From Paramecium tetraurelia (Eukaryota): 64,000 nt of DNA. A program made the position numbers and the translations under genes. Each line of letters starts with the position of its first letter. Positions within the stretch are counted from its first letter, which is position 1. Shown one piece after another: positions 26,968 to 38,414 of this stretch. Below the pieces are notes generated by a model. The model was not told the DNA's origin. It worked only from the letters and a program-made list of their open reading frames with translations, and did not search any database. The stretch covers positions 496,001-560,000 of the forward strand of contig CT868030.1 in the NCBI GenBank assembly GCA_000165425.1, in the 5' to 3' direction.

Positions 26968-27402
26968 TCAATTCTTGTTCATCAAACTCCTCTAAAATTG
27001 AAATCGTATTTTTTACAGGTTATATTTTTTTGATCGCCCTTCTCTTTATCCCAGTCATCGGCACCGTCTCAAAGATGTTCACGACCTTGCTGATTTCTTT
27101 CTCTAACACTCACAAGTCTTTACTTACTTTCGAATTTCCCGTGATTTATGAATAATGGCACTATTTGTTTGCATGTTATATCCTCTATCACTTAAACCCC
27201 AAAAGAAACGTCGCCATTCTGAAATACTTGAACTTCCTTATTTTGTAAATCTATCTCTAGTCCTTGAAGAATATTGATATCAATCTAGCTCGATACAATC
27301 ATTTACTGTTTTCGCAATGTTGAAATAAATCAAATCACTATTATTGCTCAGTTTCAAAGGTTTGATTGAACTTATGTCAGCAACTTCTAAATTTTTATCC
27401 AT
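26968..27402 (-). CDS. Possible RNA polymerase I subunit RPA34/PAF49-like protein
   Basis: LIYFNIAKTIDINILQGLEID and KEISKVVNIFETVPMTGI resemble yeast A34.5 segments VWLIKFPSNVDISKLKSL and FDKVFSVSETAKIPAI (recalled); three tiny introns inferred. Confidence 0.5.
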
Positions 27403-27510
27403 TAATTAATTAATAAATTACTTATAATTCCCAATATTAATTTCTATTAATCAAAGTTTTCATTTCAAATATAACAACCAAAATTATTCAATAAAACATT
27501 AATAAATTTG

Positions 27511-28059
27511 ATGAAAAGGAACTCATATTAAAGAATCACACAAAAGTCTAAAATAAGACAAGAGATAATCAATTATAGAAATCAAGGCTTATCTAACAAA
27601 GAAATATCAAGAATTATGAGTCAAAAAACAAATAAAAAAATAAGTGAAAAGACAATACAAAGCATCAAAACAGTCAAAAGAAAATCAAAATATGCAGAAT
27701 ATAGACAAATTACCAAATCAACTATTCTTTCTTATATTCTAGAATATAATAACCATTTTATATATTCCACCGATTAAACTTAAATGAGAAAAGAAGTTTC
27801 CGAACTTGTAAAAGACAAGTTTCCTTAACCTTTTTCTCATTTCTCTCAGAGAACTCACTAAAGGCTATTAAATGGAATCATAAAAAAGGTTGAGTCAATC
27901 CGCAACTACAAATCATCAAAATTGCCACAAAATGATTCAGAATTCAATTACATCTTCTATGACACCCAATCAGAAGAGTAATAGATATAATCAGCATCTT
28001 AATTCCTATTTTTTCAGGAAAGTTACCCTTCATTTTAAGAAGAATAATAATACTTCTGA
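27511..28059 (+). CDS. Tandem helix-turn-helix protein with acidic/aromatic tail
   Basis: Intronless, 182 aa; HTH1 IRQEIINYRNQGLSNKEISRIMSQKTNKKISEKTIQSI; HTH2-like RKEVSELVKDKFPQPFSHFSQRTHQRLL; tail FYDTQSEEQQ...FQEEQQYF. Confidence 0.7.
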
Positions 28060-28711
28060 TTTAAATTTATATTAATCTCAAATGTTAAATCAGGAGGGAA
28101 AATATAGAATTTATTAAAAAAATAAATTTCTATGTTTCCCCTTCGATTTACTTCAAATTCCTAAAATTCATTACTCTTACAAGTTTTAAATTATAAATAT
28201 ACGGTCCACTTTTATTTAAATTTCTACTCTCCTAAATAAATTAGTTTTCCATATTAATTATTAATAAATTAGAATAAAAATTGATGTAATGTAATTTTAT
28301 TCTAACATAAAAAGTTTTATTTCTTGTGTCTTTGAAATATATATACAAATAATATTGCTAAAGCCAATAAATCGATCGAAATGTTCCATTTTCTATACTC
28401 AATCACAAATATCTGAACAATCAATTGAAATCAAATATTTTACAAAACTTGTTAGTATGTTAATAAAATGAATCAAAAACCAATTGAGTTATTCTCAATC
28501 TTATAATTATTATGATTTTAACTATTGGTTCTTGGATATGAGTAAGATAGCTATACAATTATGATCAAAATCAAGTCAATATATTAATCTAATTGAATGA
28601 TATTCGAATTCTAATTCCATTTGCTACGTATGAAGCAAGATTGTGTTGAATGACGCATCAATTAATCTGCATTTTGAAATCATTATGATTTAGAAATGAT
28701 TCATTATAAAA

Positions 28712-29701
28712 ATGAGCCAAAGACTTGAGTTGCTCCAGAAGTAGATGCCTTCTTTTTAATATACAGTTGACGGAGGCATTTTAACCAAGGAAGAGAGATA
28801 ATTTTATGAAGAAAACGGTTTCCTAGTGGTGAGATAAATGTTCTCTCCAGAAGAAATCAAAGAGTGGACTCAAAGATTCAGAGAGTATGCAGATGGATAA
28901 TTGGAACGCAAATACGGAATGTAAGTGGTTAGAGACATTTCATTGGTGAAAAGAGGAGGAGGAAAACAATTGGGAGAAGAAGCTATTACAAAAATACAGG
29001 ACTGGTAAGAGGATGAAATTTTATTCAAATTTTGCAGAAACCCCAAGGTTATCAAATATCTGTCTAGCTTCTGTGGACCTGATATAAAATCAGTTCACAC
29101 TATGTTCATCAACAAACCACCAAATATGGGCAAAACTTCTAGACACCCCATCCATCAAGATCAAGTGTATTTTCCATTTGGACCAGCTGACAGAATAGCT
29201 GCTGGTTGGGCTGCACTTGAAGATGCCAATAGAGAAAATGGATGTTTAGTTGTATATCCTGGAACTCATAAAGGTAGTTATACTTTTGTACTATTACTAG
29301 TTGGTCCTGTCGAGCATTGCTATCCCGATTGGAAGGAAGGAGTGAACAAAGCCTATTGGGGAGTTAAAGATATGCCACCTGAATCGGCTCCAAGAATCCA
29401 TTTAGAAATGAAGGCAGGGGATATAGTTTTCTTCCATCCGTATCTATTTCATGGTTCAGGAGAAAATAAAGTATTTATATCAAACAATATATTCTAGTCA
29501 AGTAGTTTCAGGAAATCCATTTGTTGTCACTTTGCTTCAGCCAATTGCCAGTATCATGATATCAAAGGAACTTTCCATGAAAATTTGGCTAAAGACATCA
29601 TTGCGTATGCCTCAAAGAAATTTGGACATGTCAATTACTTAGATATTTGGAGATTTAAATGCAGGTTAGTCTAAGGCAAACCTGATCCACTAGGATTGTG
29701 A
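28712..29701 (+). CDS. PHYH: Phytanoyl-CoA dioxygenase (PhyH, Fe/2OG)
   Basis: FYEENGFLVV, SVHTMFINKPP, RHPIHQDQVYFPFGPADRI, NGCLVVYPGTHK, GDIVFFHPYLFHGSGEN, FRKSICCHFA; 27-nt introns at 29274-29300 and 29471-29497. Confidence 0.95.
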
Positions 29702-29770
29702 TAAAATTACGATAATCCAAATATATATATATAATAATTTATTATTTCTTTTTTTGAATTACTCATAAAA

Positions 29771-32026
29771 ATGATTATCAGATTTATGTATGGTAATTAA
29801 GTTAAAGCATTAAAAAAGTCTATTGAATAATTTAAACAATTCAAAGACATGAGCCATACTTAGGCCAGATAATAATAGTAGTTCCCAGTTATTTATTCAT
29901 AATTAATGGACAGTCTCAAAATGTAATAATTTACAGAAAAAAAATTAGTTAACTTAAGTGAGAAAATTGAGAAAAAAGTGCTTTATTATTTATCTTCAGA
30001 TGAATAGGAATAAGTTTATAAGCTTTTTTCATTCTTCTACAGCAATAATCTAGATCAATTAAATGCCAAATAACTTGGAATTATCATAAAATATTAAGAA
30101 CAATTAAATAATATAATTGAAAAAGCTCTTTAGAATCCGCCGAATCAAGAGGATCTATTCGAATTGTTATAATCCATCAATTATAGAAATTGCTGGTCTC
30201 AAGTTCATTAAGACCATATTAATCAAATTAAAAAGAGCATCGACCAAATTAATTCATAAGAAAATGAACTAGATTTTCATTTATTCAATCAAATATTAAT
30301 TGCCTCAGAATCAATAAATCTTGATAACTTTATCCGAAAAACTCTAAAATCTCATAAAATTCATAATGTCTTAAAGAAATAAGTTCCTGTATAGATTACT
30401 CATCTAAATATAATAATTAGAACAGTTGGAGATCAATATATATCATCCACACTATGGAAATTATACTAAGAAGAAATTTTAAGGTTGGACTTAGCATATC
30501 TATCGTAGTAATAGTTTGTTTATGATCATTTGAAACGCTATTATTTACTTACAAGTGATACTGCTAAGGACTTAACTCATTAATACATCAACAAAGAGAG
30601 ACAATCTATTATATACATCAATTTAATCTTAGAAGAAATTCAAAGAAACTTAGAAAATTTAAATGATTTAAAAATTGAAACACTTTTAACAAATTGCAAT
30701 TTAGATGACTTTGTTACTTTAAATAGATAAATCATTAGAATAAATATTGATTCATCAAGCGATTCCTTTATTCATCACTACTTAAGTAAATAATCATTTA
30801 GAAATGCTAGGTCTAATAAAAGAGGAGTTAATCTACTTTAAAGAAGAGACTACATAGACATAAACTGAAAAATTAAATCAATTTATTAGACTTTTAGCAT
30901 CAATTGATGGATTTAAAAAACTTAAATTGCAAAAGAAATAAAATAATCCAATTGATGAAATATATCAAATTATTGAAGAAGAAGTGTTCTCCTTTGTTTG
31001 CAAAAATCAATATGAACTTGATTTGGATGGCACATAAGATCCATTTGCAATTGAACTACTCAAAACTTAGAAGCAAAAATCAGGAAAATGGAAAGAAGAA
31101 GATAATTAAGTGACAATTCTTATTGCTGACATAGATACAGTTAATCTACACCTTATATATTAAATAGGAGATTATTTTAATAAAAACTAATAAGGGAGAA
31201 TGTATTTTCATTATTGTATTGCCAAATAATTAGCTGTTAATTTTTAAAAACTTGATTTCTCTAAACAATGTGACGTTCTCTATTATTTGGCAAAAATCGA
31301 TAAAATATTCATGATTGAGTCTAATTAATATGCAATAGATTATAGCCAATTACAATAATTAAATTTGGAAGATTTAACAAAATGTGCAATATAGCTGTTA
31401 TTCTATAATCAAATATCACTTAATGTAGATAAAGCTATTACAAATTAGCTAGTTGATATTCTACATCAAAATCTGAATAAGATTGAAGATTTGAAGATAG
31501 AATATTAAATTGCCTTCTATCAAGCCTACGAGTATTTATGTCTACTTATTTAGGTTGATGCGTATAGAATTTCCTTCAATTTAGGTGTAAGAATTGCCTG
31601 ATAGATATAAACAAATATTTGATGAATATTGGTTATATCTGCAAAAAGAAACAGAAGTTGTTGTTTCTGATACTAAAAAATTTCTTGATAAGGAAGAATA
31701 CCACTATACATATATGAAATAAGTCTTGATATGGAAGTTTCTATATGTTTTTGAATAAGATAGGGCTATTGTTATTTGTTTATCGGATAGATTTTATTTA
31801 GGAAGAACTAATTTAAACCTAATAGAAATAGGCATTCTAAAAAGGGTCTTAAGATGTACATATATATATTGATAATTTAGTGCATGATTATAAATTGAGA
31901 ATATTGGATAAGCATGAATATGAAAAGTTTGAAACTCGACATGAAAAAAATGATTATATCTATGAGAAACTCAAATATCTAAGTAGGGAGCCTAAGAAAC
32001 CCAAGAAACCATATTTTAATATATGA
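29771..32026 (+). CDS. Helical-repeat protein with C-terminal RAP-like domain (FASTK-type, probably organellar RNA-binding)
   Basis: C-terminus DRFYLGRTNLN...LKRVLR.HDYKLRILDKHEYEKF...KNDYIYEKL fits the RAP pattern; helical N-terminal body; tiny introns near 31560 and 31860. Confidence 0.6.
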
Positions 32027-32510
32027 TATTCTATAGTAAATAATTTATAAACAATCTATTGCAAGGTTCTTAGTTGAGTAAAGACTTTCAAAAGTTTAAT
32101 AAGTTCTATAACAAGATATTTTGGTTTTAAAGATGATTATGATGAGACAAAATTATATTAGTGGACCACTTTAGTGTTCTAAATCTTGTTGAAGATAAAC
32201 AAGGATTTAATATTTATATTCTTTTTAAAATGATAGCACAATATTTTAATTATTTCCTTTATTAATAAATTAAATATAAAAATATGCAATTGATGAAAAT
32301 TTTAAGATTAGGGATTTCAAAAGGACTCAATTTTGAATTGATTCATTTCTTACCTTATGGCCTTTTACTAGGTAAGAATAAGAACTTAGCCTTTGCATTC
32401 TGGGCTTTATTAATATTTGAGTTTTGCATTTGAGACATAAACATATTATTATTATTAGAATTATCATATTTTTATGAAAATATTATTTATATATATAAAT
32501 TTACATTAAT

Positions 32511-34033
32511 ATGATTGAATAGATTGAAGGAATAAATATAGCGGTGGAAGGATGCTTTCATGGAAATTTTGATGAAATATTTGGGACAATCAGAGAAATT
32601 GAAAAATAGAAAAAAATAAAAATTGATTTGCTTTTAGTTTGTGGGGATGTTCAAACTCATAGGAATAAACATGACATGTTTAATATGGCTTGTCCAATAA
32701 AATATCTATCAATGGGGACATTTTATAAATATTATGAAGGAAAAGAGGCAGCCCCTTGTTTAACAATTTTTATTGGTGGTAATCATGAAGCTTCAAATTA
32801 TTTGAGAGAAATGTAATTTTTTTATTTTAGATTAATTTTAGGTATTTTGGAGGGTGGGTAGCTCCTAACATTTATTATCTTGGAGATTCTAATGTGATCT
32901 AAATTAAAAAAGGAAATACGACTTTTCGATTGGGAGGAACTTCAGGAATATTTAAAATTTTTGATTTTAACAACCCTAAACTAGAGCCATTTCCATTTAA
33001 AAGTGAATAACTGAGAAACGTTTATCATACAAAACAAATAGACCTCTTTAAATTAAGTCTATATGAAGGAGAAGTAAATATGTTTCTATCTCATGATTGG
33101 CCATAATGTAAGAAAACGCAAATATTTTATAGAGATACATCAACATGGATCAACTAAAGAGCTGCTAAAGAAGAAATAGAATTTTGAAGCTGACATAAAA
33201 TCAGGCAGACTAGGTAGTCAGCCTCACAAATTCACATTAGAAAGATTACAACCTGACTTTTGGTTTGCTGCACACATGCATGTTAAGTTTGAAGCCTTGG
33301 TCAAACATAAAACCGGAAGGCAAACCAAGTATTGATTATTAATCAAAATTAATAGGTTTTTAGCCTTGGATAAATGCATAGCAGGAAGAGACTTCATACA
33401 AGTGTTCACATATACTAAGGATAAGAAAGATTTATATGAGTAGTATGCTTACAATGAAGAACCAATAGAATTATTTTATGATTCTGAATGGCTTTCCATT
33501 GTCCATACTACCTATAAATTATTGACAATTTGGGATAAGATTCCAAAATTATTTGAATATAATCCTGTATTGAAAGAGTATTGATAATATATATACTTAG
33601 GTTATAGATAATGAAAAAAGATAAATATGAAGAGTTCTTGAATGAGAAACGCGAAAGAATGAAAATATTTGGAAATCATTAACTTAAAATTCCTCATAAT
33701 TTTGAAGTCACTACTCCACCTTATGATGAATAAGACAATACTATTAAAGGTTTAGTTCCACCCAAGAGAATCCCCTTGAATAATTAAATGAAGAGTTATC
33801 TTAATTTGTTCAATGAATCGGGATAAGAATTGAATGGTTTGATATTTTATGAACCAGATCAACCTAGAGTAATTGGAGAATTCGTTGCTCCGGATTTTCT
33901 GCAAAAGTAGATTGAATTGGAAAATCAAAAAGAGATTTTATAATAATAAGATCTTAAGCAACAGCAATTAGAAGAACCTTCTTCACCAAAGGATGATGAG
34001 TTAAATATATAAGACTTTCCATTTTTATAATGA
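32511..34033 (+). CDS. DBR1: RNA lariat debranching enzyme
   Basis: [68 protein letters not shown]; four tiny introns. Confidence 0.96.
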
Positions 34034-34180
34034 AATTAATAATCAAAATAACTTTTAATATAACTAAAATTAGTGAGTCAAGTAAATAAAATATTGAATT
34101 CTATAATACTGAATATTATTGCGTATTAAATAGAGTATATTTAGAGTTATCGTATAATCAATTCAATTATTAAATTACTT

Positions 34181-35889
34181 ATGATATCACTAGTCGAATT
34201 AACTGAGCACAGAGCAACCAGATCCCATTCTTAATATAAGTTAAATCTAATTGATTTCGATGACTTCGCATATAACTTAAATAAAACCATCTATAACTTT
34301 TAAAAATGTTCAACTGGAAAAAATCACGATAAATTATCTAAATTTAGAAAATCAAGGAGCGTATTAAAAGCTGATCTCCAAAAAAAATATCCATCAGTCT
34401 ACAAAACCTTTAATAGAAATGCCCCTGGATTCGATGAAAACGAAACTAAAGAATTATTGGAACATATAATTCAGTTAGAACACTTATTTGTCCAATATAA
34501 TAAATACTTTCCAGATCACAGCAATCCTATTCTAATGAATAACTATCTCAATTGTTTGAGTTTAAACAAAGAAAGTAATTACATTTAAATATTTCTTATA
34601 GAATTCTTTAACAACTATACTTAAAATATATCTGAAACTCTTTAAATGTCTATTCTAAGAAACTCACAGCAAAGAATTGCTGATGATGGAACCGATGAAG
34701 TGGTTATCAAATACTTAATTAATGAGATCAATAGGAGAAACAAATATGAAAAAAATATGGATCTAATCCGAAGTGATTAAACTAAATTTTCTAAGCTTTC
34801 TCAAAATTATGAATTGCACAAGAAAACCAATCAATTAGAACAAACTAAATCAAACCTATTAGTAACTTCTATGAAACTTGTGTTTTTAAATGTAAATATT
34901 ATTCTATTAAATAGTACTAAAATTAATCGGTTTATGTTAGATTCCCGTTAATAAACAAGAATAAATAATTGTATGTAGATATGGAAAAACTCTTAAAACA
35001 AGGAGATGCCCAAGATTTATTTAAATAATGGAGTCAATACGTAGACATCACTTCATCTCACCCTGAAATCATTTTATTATTATCAATAGTGCAGGATCTA
35101 TTGTAAGAAGACAGTTGGATAATATCTTCAATTATGCAATAGATTGCTGGAAAATAGATATTTAAATTAGAAAGGATTATATTATAAATTGGTGCTTTGA
35201 ATTAATTTTGTTCTAATTGTTTGTCAAATATTGATAAAAGTCATACTTAAATCTCAGAACTTTTGTAACTCAAACTCTAAAACATTATACCTTAATTTAT
35301 GATAAGGAATACCATAAAATTGGAAAAACATATCATGATAATGTAAAATTCACAGGATGAACTAAATAAAGGATATAATAGACATTCGATTGAGAATTAA
35401 TTACTACATTTAAACAACTTAAAGATGTGTTTAATTCCTTAAGGATTATTTAGTTAATTATGTTTCATTCATAGATATTGTAGTGAAAATAATTAAAACG
35501 ATCTTGAAAAAGCCATGGAATCAGAATTATTCGAGCAACCGCACGAATCAAATTTTTCTCATATCAAAAAGGGATTTATTCGAGATGGATCTCGTAAACC
35601 TAGTATGAATGAAAACAAAGGATACATAAGAGAAGATGTAAATTAACCATTCCTTTCATAAAAATTAACTGAAATGAAATTCGCTTCAACTATTTTTATG
35701 GACAATGTAGATAAAATTGAATGGAAAAATATTATATAGAACATTAAAGAAGAGAAAAAAGAATAAAAAGAACCTGGAAGTTCCTAGTCTTAATCTTCGA
35801 ATATTTCCTTCTAGTTAAACTGCGAAGATGAATAATTTAGGAGATAAATGAAGAACTTCTTATAAAAACAGCAAGAAAAAATGCAATGA
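34181..35889 (+). CDS. Hypothetical protein
   Basis: Code-6 coding frame MISLVELTEHRATRSHS... ending ...FLQKQQEKMQ*; tiny introns near 34575, 34892 and 35460; no motif recognised. Confidence 0.6.
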
Positions 35890-36034
35890 GCACATCTTAA
35901 TTCAATTTATATTTAAAGTTTCTTATAAAATAATATTATTCACTTGCTTTGAATTATTAGAAGATCTTTAAGTATTTTAACATATGATTTTTCCAATTTA
36001 TAATATATATATATAAATTAACTAAAATTACTAA

Positions 36035-38386
36035 ATGACATCAGTTGTTCCTTTTGATCAAGAGGCACATTAACTTAATGCATCCAGTTAGCCTAATGAG
36101 ACTATGATTGAAGACTATGATGAATTTCGAAGGCCCCCCATTTTGGAGATATGCCTTAAGCATTAGGTAAGAGATTTAATTAATTTAGTCTGCAACTTAA
36201 TTTGCTATAGCAGATGCTAAAGTTGATTTAAATAAAAACAACTTATGTCCTTGTTGTGGTTAACCAATCATTCTTACATAATTACCATTGACAGCATCTA
36301 TCCTGGATTTCAGTTTCAACGGACCTGGAGTTTCTTTATATTTTGATTTCTTGATGTTTAGTTCCGTCTTGATTTCAACGTTTATGTAAAGATTATAAGA
36401 ATTTTATTAGAATAGTTTGTGGAATATATGATTTAATAGCAAGTACTTTGGGTGACACATGCCATAAATTGAATACAATGGGAGAATTAGAATGTGTTGA
36501 CAATTTTTATAGCAAATTTGCAAAAGCAAATCAAGACAATTAACATCCAGATATAGCAGGGAGTGTGTTAAACTTTATCACAACATTAATCTTAATAATA
36601 CTTTTGTTTTTATATAGAAAAAGAATTAATCTTTTGGCAAACAAAATTGATGAAAAAAGTATATTGGCATCAGATTATTCCATAATTATTGAAAATATCC
36701 CCAGAGATGCAAAGGAAGAAGAGATTAGACAATTCTTTAGTAAGATCAATAATGTTGAATACAAAATACAAAAGATTTGTATGGGATATTAGATCTAAGA
36801 GTATTTGAGAATTCTGAAATCAAAGCAAGAGTAAGAGAAGACATTTACTAAGATTTTAGAATGTGAGAGATTGGGTAAGCCAATTCCTCCTCGACTACCA
36901 AATAAAGTTGATTTAACTAAGACTTTAGATTAGTTAGCATATCAATTGGATTAATATGAGGACAATTTTTAAAATTCCTTTTAATTTAGTGGTGTTGCCA
37001 TCATATCATATAACACCGAGGATGAAGCTAATGCTGTTTGCAAGTTTTTCAAGGCCACTAGATTGCATCTTATCCTATCCTAAGTTTTGAGAGTAATAGG
37101 AAAGAAAGATATCAGAAGATTTGGAGATAATGTTATCCTCGTATCGAAAGCACCTGAACCAGGAGATATTTTATGGGGAAACTTGGGAGTCACATTGTTA
37201 GAATAATACAAAAGAAAATTAATAACAAATTTAGCAACAATATTTTTGTTGGGAATATGTTTTGGGATTTTATTTGGATTATCTTATGGCTAATTTTCAT
37301 TGACTGATACTGGAAAAGGCGAATAGTTGAGTTAAGCAGAACTTATTGCTATTACAATTTTGGGAGTGGTTGCTTCAGTTCTGATTTCTATTATAAATAA
37401 TATATTGGCAATTATTATTAGAAAATTTGCAGAATTAGAAGCTCCAACAACCAAGACTGAATACGATATTAGTGCTGCAAAGAAATTAGGATTTGCTCAG
37501 TTTCTTAACACTGCCATAATAACTTTAATTGTTAATTTGGTAATTGTAAAGGAAGGAGAAAAATCTTATTATGCAGTGATCAAACAGGGAGGTTTAAATT
37601 AAGATGTCATGTTGATTTTTATTACTAATGGAATCATGCCATGGTTAATGGCTTTGCTGGATCCATTTTATTTGTACAGATTATTTATGAGATACCAAAT
37701 TCAATTATAGGGTTAAGCCTGTAATGTTACTTAATAAGAAGCAAATGAGTATTTTGCTGGTCCTATGATTGATTTATCGAAAAAGTATGCGTAATTGGGA
37801 AAAACCTTGTTATTTACATTCTTTTACGCATATCTACTACCCCTTGGACCTGTCCTTTCATTGGGTTCCTTATTGGTGATATATTGGGTGGAAAAAATAT
37901 TATTACTCAGGAGAGATTCCAAGCCAGCACCAACAGGGAGTGAGATGGCAGAAGAGATGATAGACTTCTTTGGAGAATTCACATTGTTGATATATGCAGT
38001 ATTGAATTAAGTAATAACATTAGATTGGCTGTCTGGTTTGGGAATCAATTTTAAATGATGCCATATTTCCTTTGACATGGGCTCAATTTGCTATAGCTGT
38101 TTTGAATTTCTTGGTGCCAATAGATACCATATTTGATTTATTTTGGAAGACAGAGGACATTTCTACTCAAGAGTTCTACGAGACCCAATGCTTTAAGTTT
38201 TGGGATGATTACGATAGAAGGAATCCCATTACTGCTGAAAAAGCCATAGAAACCTTTTTGAAAAACACTACAGCATTGCCTCAGTAACAAGTGGATGGAA
38301 GAGGGAATATTGTGTTAAAGAATTAGGAGTTCAAAAAATAAGAAAAAAACAAAAAGGCTAAGAATAAACACAATAAGGAGGATTGA
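36035..38386 (+). CDS. OSCA/TMEM63 (CSC1)-like multi-pass membrane channel
   Basis: ASDYSIIIENIP, KAPEPGDILWGNLG, CPCCG near the N-terminus, roughly 9-10 hydrophobic helices, YWVEKILLLRR. Confidence 0.8.
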
Positions 38387-38414
38387 GAATAATTATTATT
38401 ATTTTATTGAAATA

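Noticed and set aside
27400..28300. Intact Tc1/mariner transposon
   Set aside because: No DDE/DDD catalytic domain and no terminal inverted repeats seen.
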